Origin: Felis catus | Taxonomy: Eukaryota | Direction of reading: 5' to 3' | DNA length: 64,000 bases | Assembly: GCF_018350175.1 (NCBI RefSeq) | Contig: NC_058368.1 | Span: 1,488,001 to 1,552,000, forward strand | Shown: one piece after another, positions 51,186-62,462 of the stretch | Layout: the number at the start of each line of letters is the position of its first letter | Position numbering within the stretch: the stretch's first letter is position 1 | Position numbers and translations under genes: made by a program | The notes under the pieces: model-generated | Databases searched by the model: none | The model's input: only the letters and a program-made list of their open reading frames with translations | Told to the model about the DNA's origin: nothing

Positions 51186-51189
51186 ACCA

Positions 51190-51385
51190 GGGTGCCTGGA
51201 TGGCTCAGTCAAACATCCAACTCAGGTCATGATCTCGCGGTTCGTGGGCTCAAGCCCGGTGTTGGGCTCCATGCTGGCAGTGCACAACTTGCTTGGGATT
51301 CTCTCTCTCTCTCTCTCTCTCCTTCTCTCTCTGCCCCTCCCCTGCTTGTGCTCTCTCTCAAAAATAAATCAACTTTAAAAAATAA
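51190..51385 (+). mobile_element. Can-SINE (second of tandem pair)
   Basis: gggtgcctggatggctcagtc head directly after the first copy's tail; aataatagtaa occurs on both sides. Confidence 0.92.
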
Positions 51386-52842
51386 TAGTAAGTAAAGACA
51401 ACACAGGTACGCTAGAACAAAACACGGGACCTCAGGCCCAGCTCTACGGGCACACTACCGGAACATGACAGGAGTGAACTGTGAAAAAGCAAGAGTTGTG
51501 GTACAAAGTAAGAAAAGGAGGACAGAATGTTTCTCGTACCTGGCAAGTAAAAACACTGAAGCAGCGTACTTCCAAATGGCCCGTGGCTTTGTGAAACAGG
51601 CTCGTACCTAGACCACGGGAATGACGCACTCCTTAGGAGCCAGCACTTGGGCCCTGGCAGGTGCCTGGCAAGGTTCCGAGACGCTACTGCTCCCGGAGCC
51701 GGGAGCGGCCAACGAATGGCTCTCTTTCCACCACCACCTCCCCTATAAGCCTACCGCCGCAGCACAACGCAAGCCCAAAGTAACCCTACTTTACTTCCAA
51801 AGCTACGAGGCACGACAGACAAATGAACCTTCCCCCAAAGCAGCTTTTGCTATGATAGACCTCGGACACCTCCCATCCATTACCTATAAAAGTTGATGTC
51901 CCAGCTCCCGAGCCCTCCGCACACAATTTGGGCCCACACCACCTTCTTTGCCTTCTGGCCAGAACAATGCACTCCTTGCTCCTAGGACACATCCCGCCAA
52001 CTAAGGTCTCTGTTAATCAGACATTTGGTTAACTACTTGCTTCTAAACCTGGAGGGAACAAAATTCAGGAGGGTCAAAGAAGTGGTATATTTATTTCCCT
52101 CTTATTAACACCGAAAGGACAATGGCTAAAAGTTAAGTCTTTACCCAGTAACCAAAATGACCTCATAGGATGAAAATTTCACATAAAGAACTCAGAGGAG
52201 GGTAGGGTGGGAAAGGTATTTTGTGCTTTGTGTGTGATGTTCTAATTAAATTACATTATTTAGTAACGTAAAGAATGATGGTTCTCTTCTTCCCTGTTAT
52301 GGATTTGTCTAAAAATAACAAAGCAAAGTTACTCTATAGGCATGATCACCAATCCCTGTAGGACGGAGTAGCCTTCCTAAAAAGTCAAATGGTTATAAAA
52401 GTTCTTATATTTTTATATTTTTCATTCGAAAAAGGAAATTAGTCCTTTCCCAAAACATTTACCAGACCAAAGTACATAGTTTTACAACCTAAATTTAACC
52501 GTTTCCATGAAGAACACCATATTTGGTTTCTTATCATCAGATTATTGGGAAAGAGAGGAAGAGTTGAGGTTTTACACTGGGTTTGCTGCACCATTTCTTT
52601 CCAAGCAGAATCACTCCTTTTAACTTGACTTGGGATTAACGCAGGGATTCTGTAGCCAAAATAAGAGTACTCCTGTCCTTCCAGATGTACGATTCCTAAA
52701 AAGTAGCTATGAAACGCTATCATACGTCAATGAGAAAGCAACTTACCTGCTGCCACTGTATGGTAGATATCGCATAGGATAATGTAACATATTACATTTT
52801 GCCTCCTGTGGGTGGTGAGTATCCTTCGTCCATGGGATGCCT

Positions 52843-53000
52843 CTCAGCAGAGGCCCCGCTAGCACTGTGTTCAGGACGTTTCTTCGTTGTGCAGGCCATT
52901 CATCATCCTTATCCCTTCCCTCCTTAAAGGACAATGGTGCACCACTACCTGTCACGGGGACAAGAAAGTGCCGCCGCATATTGCCAAATATCCCCTGGCT
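52843..53000 (-). mobile_element. Diverged MER20-like MITE
   Basis: Reverse complement begins ccaggggatatttggcaatatg, like MER20 ccaggggacatttggcaatgtc. Confidence 0.5.
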
Positions 53001-53785
53001 GAGATGCACTGGTCTATAAACTACATGACTTAACACATAATAAAGAAATCTTCAAAGCTAAAAGATGTCACAGATCCATCCTGAAGTGTTTTGCAAAAAT
53101 GAATCTCTCAAGAGAATAGGTCTGAGTATGATCAAAGTATTAGGCTAATTACTAGGCCAACAGAAAAACAAGTATCAGAACACAAGCATGCTTTGTTGGC
53201 CTGTCCAGTGTGACACGAGGCTCTCCGCTATCAGCCCACAGCAACCCCTTCTCCTCCCACACACACGGAACCACAGGATGTGACAGCACTCGGATTCCTC
53301 TACTCCATGCTCAGAGTTTTCAGACTGCAACCCTAATCACTATCCTTTCATCTATTTACCTAGTAAGCTTTGTTTAGGGATCGATTATCTTCTTTTGTAG
53401 AGACAAAGCCTAAAGACCATGGGTTGTTTTTCCAAGTAGCCACAAGTCCTCACCTGTCTTGCTCACAGCTGTGTCCCCAGCCCCTTGCACAACACCTGGC
53501 CCACAACTCAGTCAGTAAATATTTATCAAAGAAAAGCACATTAGAGAGCTGGGACAGGTCCTGGAGACCATTTAAGTCCAAACCTCCTATTATACAAGTG
53601 AGCAAACTGAGGATCCGGAGGAGGTTAAAGTGCTTTGCTGTTTCCTCCTTACTAATTAGTGCATTTTCTGATTTACCACAACATATTCAATCCTAGTAAT
53701 GTTCTTACCCTTAAAGTGTAAAGACCTATGAAATAAACTAATAAAATTGCATGCCAATTAATGTTGTAGGTTTACTTCCTTACAG

Positions 53786-53903
53786 TTAATTTATTTTATT
53801 TTATTTTTAATTTTTTTTAATGTTTATTTATTTTTGAGACAGAGAGAGAGCATGAATGGGGGAGGATTAGAGAGAGAGGGAGACACAGAATCCAAAGCGG
53901 CTC
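53786..53903 (-). mobile_element. 5'-truncated Can-SINE
   Basis: (TTTTA)n tail, gagacacagaatccaaagc; ttacttcctt repeated at 53772-53781 and 53904-53913. Confidence 0.88.
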
Positions 53904-54189
53904 TTACTTCCTTCTCCCTCTTTCCATTCTAAGCATACGAGACTTCTCATGGAATCACCCACCAGAGGTCCTTTGCACATGTTTTTCTCCTTATCCTACC
54001 ACACCCACCCTAGTCCTTTTGCCTAGTTAATGGCTTCACTTCCTTCTCAGCTGAGGCCGAAGTCTCTTTCCCTGACTACCACCCAGCAGGATCGGACCAT
54101 CCCACTGAACACCATCACAGCACTTACCTTTGTTGCAATTACTATGGTTAATAATTATACAGTTGTATGGTTTACATACATTGAAGGTC

Positions 54190-54710
54190 GCTAGTGAACA
54201 CATTTTTGCTTATTACCCAGCTTCCCCTTCTAATTCAGTCTAGAAAGTTCAAGTGGGGCTAACCCTGTTCCCAGAGATGGGCATCAGACTCACCCTGGCC
54301 AACCAAAGTCTTCTATCCTCTGGGCTACAGGGATGGCAGCACAAGACAAGCTGGAGTGTACGGTCAATCCCAGGACTCCTCTGTGGTCGTTAGAAGGAAA
54401 AACCCCTCCCTCGCGGGCTTAATGAGCCAAGAGAATGAAGATTTGGAGTTGCCAGTGGCATTCTGTCCACCTCATAGTGGGAACAGGCCTGAGAGAAAAG
54501 CAGAGCCATGAAATGGAAAGAGATTCCAGGTAGACCAGTACTGAAGCCAGGTGTAGCTGAAGCCAGGCCTAGGTCTGTAATTTGCAATTACATAAGCCAA
54601 AACACAAACCACAAAAAAGCAACCACAACAAACAAAAAAACTTACTTTTTCCCTAAGCCATTTTAAACTGTGTTTTCTGTCACTTGCCACCAAAAGTACC
54701 CTGATCAACA
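54190..54710 (+). mobile_element. MaLR LTR (MLT1J/K-like)
   Basis: gggctacagggatgg..., tggagttgccagtggcattct..., ctgaagccag..., taagccattttaaactgtgttttctgtcacttgccaccaaaag...ctgatcaaca. Confidence 0.7.
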
Positions 54711-55048
54711 CAGAATCTCCCACTGGACCGTAAGCTTCATGAGGCCAAGCACTTCCTAGCCCTAAACAGCGCCAGGCATGTAATAGGTTCTCAAGATACC
54801 ATCTGCCGAATAACAGCGTAATTCTCGCCAGTCACAATGAGGTAGGCACTGTGATCCCAATCGTGCAGTGGGTGAAACTGAAGGACGGAGAAGTTTCACT
54901 ATTTAGTGGTAGAGCCGACATCTGAATTTCAGGGCTTATACTTCCAGCAACCAAGCAACACTAAACGTGGTGGATTAGGGAAGGGTGTCGAGGGGTACGG
55001 CGGAGTGGAGAGAATGGGGGAGAAAGAAAGCATTTCAACACATTAGAG

Positions 55049-55235
55049 CCAGGGTCAGCAAACTGTGACTCTTGGGCCAAATCCAGTCCGTGGCTTATTT
55101 TTCCATGGCCCACAAGCCAAATTTTTTTTTACTTTTTTGAAGAACTATCAAATTTGCAATAGAGGCTTTACCCAGCCCTCAGAGCCTAAAATATTTATTA
55201 CCTGGCCTTTTATATAAAGAATTTGCTGACCCTGG
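55049..55235 (+). mobile_element. MER58A-like hAT MITE
   Basis: Perfect 14-bp terminal inverted repeats ccagggtcagcaaa / tttgctgaccctgg; degenerate 8-bp TSD cattagag / tattatag; agcctaaaatatttattacctggcctttt motif. Confidence 0.88.
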
Positions 55236-56464
55236 TATTATAGTATGCTTTATGAGCATACAAACTTTCAGAGACCAACAAAATACTAAGTGTATCTATT
55301 TCCCTTTTTTCTCTTGTTCAAACTATAAAAATAATTTCAATGTGTTCAACTGTGAAAACATATTATTTAGCTAATAATTGAACAGTGTACTCACAAGTGA
55401 TTTCCCAAGCTACTGAAAATACATTGTTAGGCAGATCAGCATGTAAGGACATGGAAAAAATGGTCATAATATATTATTAAGAACAAAATCCAAGTTGTAG
55501 AACACTATATTATAATGGATTCCTATTATTAAAATGTTAAGTCTGTAATATAGGATTACAAGAATTCTTGGAGGACTCCAGAGTCACAATGTTCATCCCT
55601 AAGGATTGGGCGATGAAGGAAAAAGAAATTTCACTTTTTACTTTATATCCATCTTTATAGTTCTCGTTATTTTCCAACGAGCAGGAACCATGTTTAAACT
55701 CTTAGGACAACAGTAAAATGTTCAAATAAATGCTTTTCCTATTTTAAATACAAATGTTATGTTTCTGCTTATAAAAATAAGGATAATAAAGAAGCTATGG
55801 GTTTCCACTTCTGCCTAGGATGTGAAAGCAGGGTAGAACTGTGCTTCCACCCTAAAAACAAGAAAAAGCCAGATACGTTATAAAATCATAAGTTTTCTTG
55901 AACCTAGCTGAGATTACAAGATAATGAAACAGCCTGAAATCCAAGGAAAGCCTCACCCTTCTGAGGAGAGACTGGAGATTAGGTCACCTGTGGCAGAGCA
56001 CGGGAGGAAGACAGTAGGCACCACACAAGTAGGTAAGAAGTCAGCTCAAATGTTTAACAAATTGCTGAAGGCTCAGTGTGAGCTAGCATTCGGGTATAAA
56101 AACCACCAGGAAACCCAGACACGAAGCAGAGGTCATATCCACTCATAGGTTCTTTGTGATCCTATACCAGGTACTCCCAAGAAAGACTGGGAACAGGTAG
56201 AGGAGAGCAGAGAGACGCTTCCTCGATGGTGCAGGCCTGGAAGGGGGAAGCATCTGCTGCTGCAGAAAAAGCTACAAAGCCCACCAGCCCCGATTCCCTT
56301 ACAGAATAAAAGCCTTAAGCCACAGGGAATTCTGGGTAAGGGAGAGTAAACTCTAAAGACCTATTGCAATTGGGGGGCAATCGGTAGAAAGAAAAACCTC
56401 TCCACCCTGAAGGAGGAATAAAGAAGTATCCTAGGTCAAGGATTCTATCTCCATGCCATGAGAA

Positions 56465-56660
56465 TAGCGGTTCTCATCCAGGGGTTATTTGACAATGTCA
56501 AGAGACACTTCTGCTTACCAAAACTGGAGGGAGGATGCTACTGGCATCTTATGGGTAAAGGTCAGGGATGCTGCTAAATATTCTACAATGTATAAAATGG
56601 CCACCAGACAAAGAATTATCCAGCCCCAAACGTCAGCAGCAGCATAGTTGAGAAATTCTG
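56465..56660 (+). mobile_element. MER20 hAT-Charlie MITE
   Basis: gcggttctca...tgctactggcatcttatgggtaaaggtcagggatgctgctaaatattctacaatg...acaaagaattatccagccccaaacgtca...gttgagaaattctg is colinear with MER20. Confidence 0.9.
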
Positions 56661-57410
56661 CTGAGGAAGGAGCAGAAAACCCTCCGGTGTAAGACTCACC
56701 AAACATACAAGGTAGAATTTGGCTGCCATGGTGAGGAGGGGTGGGATCATTGAGAAAGCTCTACCCCAGAAATCAAGGTGTACAAAGCCTGCCTACGACT
56801 GAAGCTGAACTAACAAATGACAGCAGTCTACCTCTGGGGGAGGGGCAAGGGCAGGAAGTAAAATCCCCTCTATGGAGCTGGGACAGGCAAAAGGTTAAAA
56901 GCTGAGAGTAGAGCAAGAACACTGCAAAACACTCTCGAACAACCCAGCTGCCCCAAAGCACAAGACAATGCTGGAGGAATGTGAGGGCTGGTAGTGCACT
57001 GAAAGTAACCACGGAAATAAATTCTTCACTAGATTGACTCAATTTATACCAACAATTTAGCAGAAAAAGGGCATATCCACTTCTAGGCATAAATAGTGCT
57101 TTATCTCAATTTCTCATTTCCTGCACACAATGTCAACATTCAGTGAAAAATTACAAGAAACACAAAAAGGCAAGGGAAACTACACTTTGTCAAGAGACAA
57201 AGCAATCAACAGAATTAGACTCAGAAATAATCCACATATTTGAACTAGCAGACAGGGAACTTAAAGTAACTATGATTCAATATGCTAAATGCTCTAATGG
57301 CTACGTGAACAAATGAGGACTTTCAGCAGGGAGCTGGAAGGTTAAAAAAAAAGTAACAGAAATGCAAGAAATGAAAATGACAATGACAAAAATAAAAGCT
57401 GCCTTTACAG

Positions 57411-57910
57411 TGTAGTAGCCAGCCTCTAAGACAGCCCCCAAAGATCCCTGCTTCCTTGTATGCATGCCCTAATGTAGTCCCCACCCACACTGAATAGGTC
57501 TGACCTGTGTAGCTATAGGATACTATAAAAATGACTATATGTGGCTTCTTAGGTTAGGTCATACAAGTTATTGCAGCTTTCACCATCTCGGAGATCACTC
57601 ATCTGGGGAAGCCAAATGTCAGCTCATGAGAACATTCAAGCAAACCTATAGAGAGGTCTACAGGGGAAGGAACCACAGTCTCCTGGCAATTAATTTGACA
57701 ACAATGTGAACAATGCATCTTGAAAACGAACCTTCCAGCCTCACCAAGTCTTAGATAATAGCAACCCTGGCCAAAGTCTTAACTGAAACATCAAGAGAAG
57801 CCCTAAGGAAGAATCACTCAACCAAGGTACTCCCAAGATAGTATTGGTTTATTGTTGTTTTAAGCTAGTCAGGTTTGGGGTAATTTGTGACACAATAGGT
57901 AACTAATACA
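57411..57910 (+). mobile_element. MaLR solo LTR (MLT1F-like)
   Basis: Starts tgtagtagccagcctctaagacagccccc, ends ttttaagctagtcaggtttggggtaatttgt...aactaataca; 5-bp TSD tacag / gacag. Confidence 0.88.
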
Positions 57911-57987
57911 GACAGTATCATTAGAACACTCTAAAATGATGAAAAATATTCCATGAAATGAAAGGCCAGACACACACACAAGTTGGC

Positions 57988-58007
57988 GGGGGGGGGGGGG
58001 GGGGGGG
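57988..58007. repeat. G20 homopolymer
   Basis: 20 consecutive G. Confidence 0.95.
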
Positions 58008-58196
58008 AGGGGAAAGAACAGAGCATCCAAAAGGTGTGGAACAGTATGAAGTACTTTAACATACACGTAATTATAATTCCAAAAGAAGAGAGAAGGGGGC
58101 AAAAAAAGTTGAAGAGAAAATGACCAAGATATTTCCAAAATGAACAGAAACTCATAGATCCAAGAAGCTCAGAACACCAAATAGGAAAGAAAGCAA

Positions 58197-58197
<1 letters not shown>

Positions 58198-58242
<45 letters not shown>
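58198..58242. repeat. (AC)n microsatellite
   Basis: About 22 AC units. Confidence 0.97.
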
Positions 58243-58244
<2 letters not shown>

Positions 58245-58837
58245 CTAGACACCTCATATTCGAGCGGCTAAAAACCAAAGATATGAAAAATATTAATGTG
58301 AGGCAAAGAAAAAAGACATATTACATACAGAGAAATAAAGATAATAATAAAGCAGACTTGTCAGAAACTATGCAAGCCAGAAGATTATGAAGTGACATAT
58401 TTAAAGAACTAAAGAAAAACTGTCAACACAAAATTCTATACCAAGAAAAAAAGTTACTTTAAAAATGGGAGAGAAAATGAAGTCTTTCTCTGAAAAAGCT
58501 GAGAGAATTCTTTACCAGCAGACTTGTACTCTAAGGAACCTTAAAGGAAGTCTTTCAGACAAAAGGTACATGAGTCCAGGAGAAATCTGGATTTATACAC
58601 ACAAAAAAAGGAATAATGCTGGAATAGTGGAAATGAAGATAAGTACAAGGTTTAATTTAATTGCTCTAAATGTCAGTTGAATGTATGAAGAAAAAGTGGC
58701 GGCACTGAAGTTGCGGTTTTGGCATGTGCAAAAGAAGAATCTACAGCAATTACACAAAAGATGGAAGGAACTGGGAGTACATATTATTGTAAGGTCCTTA
58801 CACGGCACATGAAGGCTAATTTTAAAAGAATATCATA

Positions 58838-59074
58838 GGGGCGCCTGGGTGGTGCATTTGGTTAAGCGTCCGACTTCAGCCAGGTCACGATCTCGCGGTC
58901 CGGGAGTTCGAGCCCCGCGTCGGGCTCTGGGCTGATGGCTCAGAGCCTGGAGCCTGTTTCCGATTCTGTGTCTCCCTCTCTCTCTGCCCCTCCCCTGTCC
59001 ATGCTCTGTCTCTCTCTGTCCCAAAAATAAATAAACGTTGAAAAAAAAAATTAAAAAAAAAATAAAAATAAAAG
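58838..59074 (+). mobile_element. Young felid SINEC_Fc
   Basis: Same diagnostic sites as the 15051 copy, CpGs largely intact; flanks taaaagaatatcata / taaaagtatcata. Confidence 0.95.
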
Positions 59075-61312
59075 TATCATAAATCCTGTGGTGATCACCA
59101 AAATAGATTTTTGAGAGTTATAAATCAAGAGCCGATCATGGAAATAAAATGGAATGATAAAAAATACTCAATCCAAAAGGCAGCTAAAAGGACGGTGGCA
59201 GAGGAGAACAAAAACCAAATGGAACAAATGGAGGGGAAGGGGGAAGAAAACAATGGAGGAAGAAGACCCGAGGCTGCCCTCGTCCCACAAATACAACTGG
59301 GTAACTATCAAATCATCCTAAATACCCCAGAAATCAACCTGAATGTTGGTGAAACGAACTCCACAACTAAAGACAGACAAGAGGGCACATCGAAGAAGGC
59401 AGGAAGTGTGGAGATGAGGCTTATGGGAGAAACGAATCATAAGTGTTGTAGAGGGAAGGCAGCCATGACTGAAGAGAAGGGCAAGAGAGAAAGAGGAGTA
59501 TACAAGGGAACGTATGAGGAGAATATTTCCCCATAGCCATTGGCTTGGAAAGCAAAAGGAGCTGAATTTCATCAGTTCTTGCAAGCAGAGGGCCTTAAAG
59601 CCTGGAGTTCTAAGTGCCAATGGGCCAGGCTCCAGAAGAGTCCAGAAGCAATGTGACTGCTCTTGGAGAGGAAGCAGGCCAACAACCCAGGGACATACGG
59701 CATGGAAACAGAGATCTGAAGAGCACAGTGGGGAGATTATTTGTCCTTCTCAAAGCATGCCCCGGAGAGGCAGCATTCAGAGAGAGACCTCTCCATGAAC
59801 AAATTAGCTGGCCAGTGCCGGTTCTCTCCCCTACCCCTCAGTATAAACACAGAGCCACCTGCAAGAAACAGACAGCATGGACAATGGCTGCCTAACTTGC
59901 TTATACCAAGCCCCCCCCCACCCCCCCACACACACTCTGGTGAGACTGCCCTTCTCAGTCATGTTTGCCTCAATCCCAGCACAGTGAGTCCCTCCCGCAG
60001 AAGACCAGCACAAACCCATGGCCACACCGTGTCTCCCAACCAGAGAGTGTTACAGGACCTTGGTACAGTGGAGGTGGTGACTGGTCTCATTTCATAACTC
60101 ACCAATTCAGGCCAGAGACCAAACACTGCCCACAGAAGGCAAGGAGAGCCTTTGCAGACAACCAGTCTGAAGGACAGACCAGCCAGAACATAACAGCAGA
60201 ATGCACACAGCACACACTAGAGGCACTCCCTGAAGGGCCAGGCCCTGGGCACATGACCTCTTCTTCCATTACTTTCAGGAGCAGGAGACATAACTGGACT
60301 TTCTAACATACAGAAGCAGGCAGAAACTTAGACTTCTCTCAAAATGAGAAGACAGAGGAACTTAGCCCTAATGAAAAACCAAGACAAGGCCATAGGCAGA
60401 GATCTAAGCAAAACGGATGTAAGTAACATGCCTGATGGAGAATTTAAAGCATCGACATAAGGATACTCACCGGGCTTGAGGAAAAAAATGGAAGACAACA
60501 GGGAGACCCTTACAACAGGGATAAAAAGAGTTAAAAAAGAATCATTCAGAGATGAAGAGTGTAATAAATGAGATTAGAAACATGCCTGATGCAATCAACT
60601 GCAGACTAGAAGAAAAGCAGAGGAAAGATTTAATGACCTAGAAGACAAAGTAATGGAAAACAATAAAGCTGAACAAAAGAGAGAAAGAAAAATCCTACAA
60701 AATAAGAATAGACTTCGGGAACTCAGTGACTCCATCAAACGTAGTAACATTTGTATTATAGGAATCCCAGTAGAAAAAGAAAGAGAAAAGGAGGCAGAAA
60801 ATTTATTTGAAGAAATAATACCTGAAAACTTTCCTAATTTGGGGAATGAAGCAGATATTCAGATCCAGGAGGCTGGGAAACAGAGAAACCCCCAACAAAA
60901 TCAACAAAAATAGATCCACACCAAGACATATTATAATTAAACTGGCAAAATATAGTGATAAGGAAAAAATCTTAAAAGCACGCATACAAAAGAAGACAGT
61001 TACTTATAAGTGAAAACTCATAAGCAGGTTTTTTAGCAGAAACTTTCCAAGGCAGAAAGGACTGGCGTGATATATTCAAAGTGCTCGGTGGGAAAAATCT
61101 GCAGCCAAGAATGCTCTATCCTCTAGGCTATTCAAAATAGGAGAAATAAAAAGCTTCACAGATAAAAATTAAAGGAGTTCATGACCACTAAACCAGTCCC
61201 ACAAGAAATACCGAAGGGGACTCTGTGAATGGAAAAGAAAAACCAAAGTGACAGTATGAACATAGGAAACACAAAAGCAGAAAAATGAATGTTTCTATAA
61301 GAAATCAGTTAA

Positions 61313-61518
61313 GGGAGTGCCTGGATGGCTCAGTTGGTTAAGCGCCCAACTCTTCATTTCAGCTCAGGTCATGACCTCACGGTTCCTGGGTTCAAGCCCT
61401 GTGCAGGGCTCCACACTGGCAGCAAAAGCTTGCTTGGAATTCTCTCTCTCTGCCCCTCCACCACTCTGTCTCTGTCTGTCTCTCTCTCAAAATAAATGAG
61501 TAAACTTAAAATAAAAAA
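61313..61518 (+). mobile_element. Can-SINE in L1 inter-ORF region
   Basis: ggagtgcctggatggctcagttggttaagc head; 5' flank aagaaatcagttaagg. Confidence 0.92.
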
Positions 61519-61526
61519 GAAATCAG

Positions 61527-61648
61527 GGGCACCCGGGTGGTTCAGTCAGTTAAGCATCAGATCTTGGTTTCGGCTCAGGTCATGATCTCAGTTCATGAGT
61601 TCCAACCCCTGAATCAGGCTCTGTGCTAGCAGTGCGGAGCCTGGTGGG

Positions 61649-61694
<46 letters not shown>

Positions 61695-61704
61695 CCACCC
61701 CTGT

Positions 61705-61740
<36 letters not shown>

Positions 61741-61805
61741 AATACATAAATAAACTTAAAAAATTTTTTTAAACAAATACAAATAAATAAAAAAATAAAC
61801 TAAAA
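61527..61805 (+). mobile_element. Can-SINE inserted into the 3' TSD of the previous SINE; two (TC)n tracts
   Basis: TSD taaaaaagaaatcag at 61512-61526 and 61801-61815. Confidence 0.92.
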
Positions 61806-62249
61806 AAGAAATCAGTCAAGGAACTCACAAAAGGATATAAAATATGACACCATACAGCTAAAACGTGGAGAGGGCAGGTGTAAAGAATGGGTTGAAGCTT
61901 AAACAACCATCAATTTTATATAGACTGTTATATGTAGAAGATGCTATATACAAACCTAATAGTAACCACAAATCAAACCTATTGATAAATATGCAAAGAA
62001 TAAAGAAAAAGAAATCCAAACATATCACTAAAGAAAATCAGCATACCATGAAAGAAAGATAACAAAGGATCAGAGAAAATCTCCAGAAACAACTACAAAG
62101 CAACAAATACAAATATCTATCAATAATTACTTTGAATGTATAATTCAAACCGGACTAAATGCTCCAATCAAAAGACATAGGGTGTCAGAATGGATCATAA
62201 TAATTTTTAAAAGACCCATCTATATGCTGCCTACAAAAGACTTGCTTTA

Positions 62250-62374
62250 GGGGCACCTGGGTGGCTCAATCAGTTGAACATCCAACTTCAGCTCAGGTCA
62301 TTCAGGTCATGATCTCACAGTTCATGGGTTCAAGCCCCACACTGGGCTCGCTGCTGTTAGCACAAAGCCCACTT

Positions 62375-62424
<50 letters not shown>

Positions 62425-62462
62425 CCTCCCCTCCTTGTACTCTCAATCAATCAATCAATCAA
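62250..62462 (+). mobile_element. Can-SINE in L1 endonuclease region
   Basis: Head with duplicated tcaggtcat, (TC)n, (TCAA)n tail; degenerate TSD agacttgctttag / agactcattttag. Confidence 0.92.

Larger units (their letters stand above)
55800..59230 (+). mobile_element. Old L1M 5' UTR and ORF1 relic, host to MER20, MLT1F and SINEC_Fc
   Basis: caagagacaaagcaatcaacagaattagactcag...ttaaagtaactatgatt..., gacttgtcagaaactatgcaagccagaag...actgtcaacacaaaattctatacca (ORF1 C-terminus relic). Confidence 0.75.
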
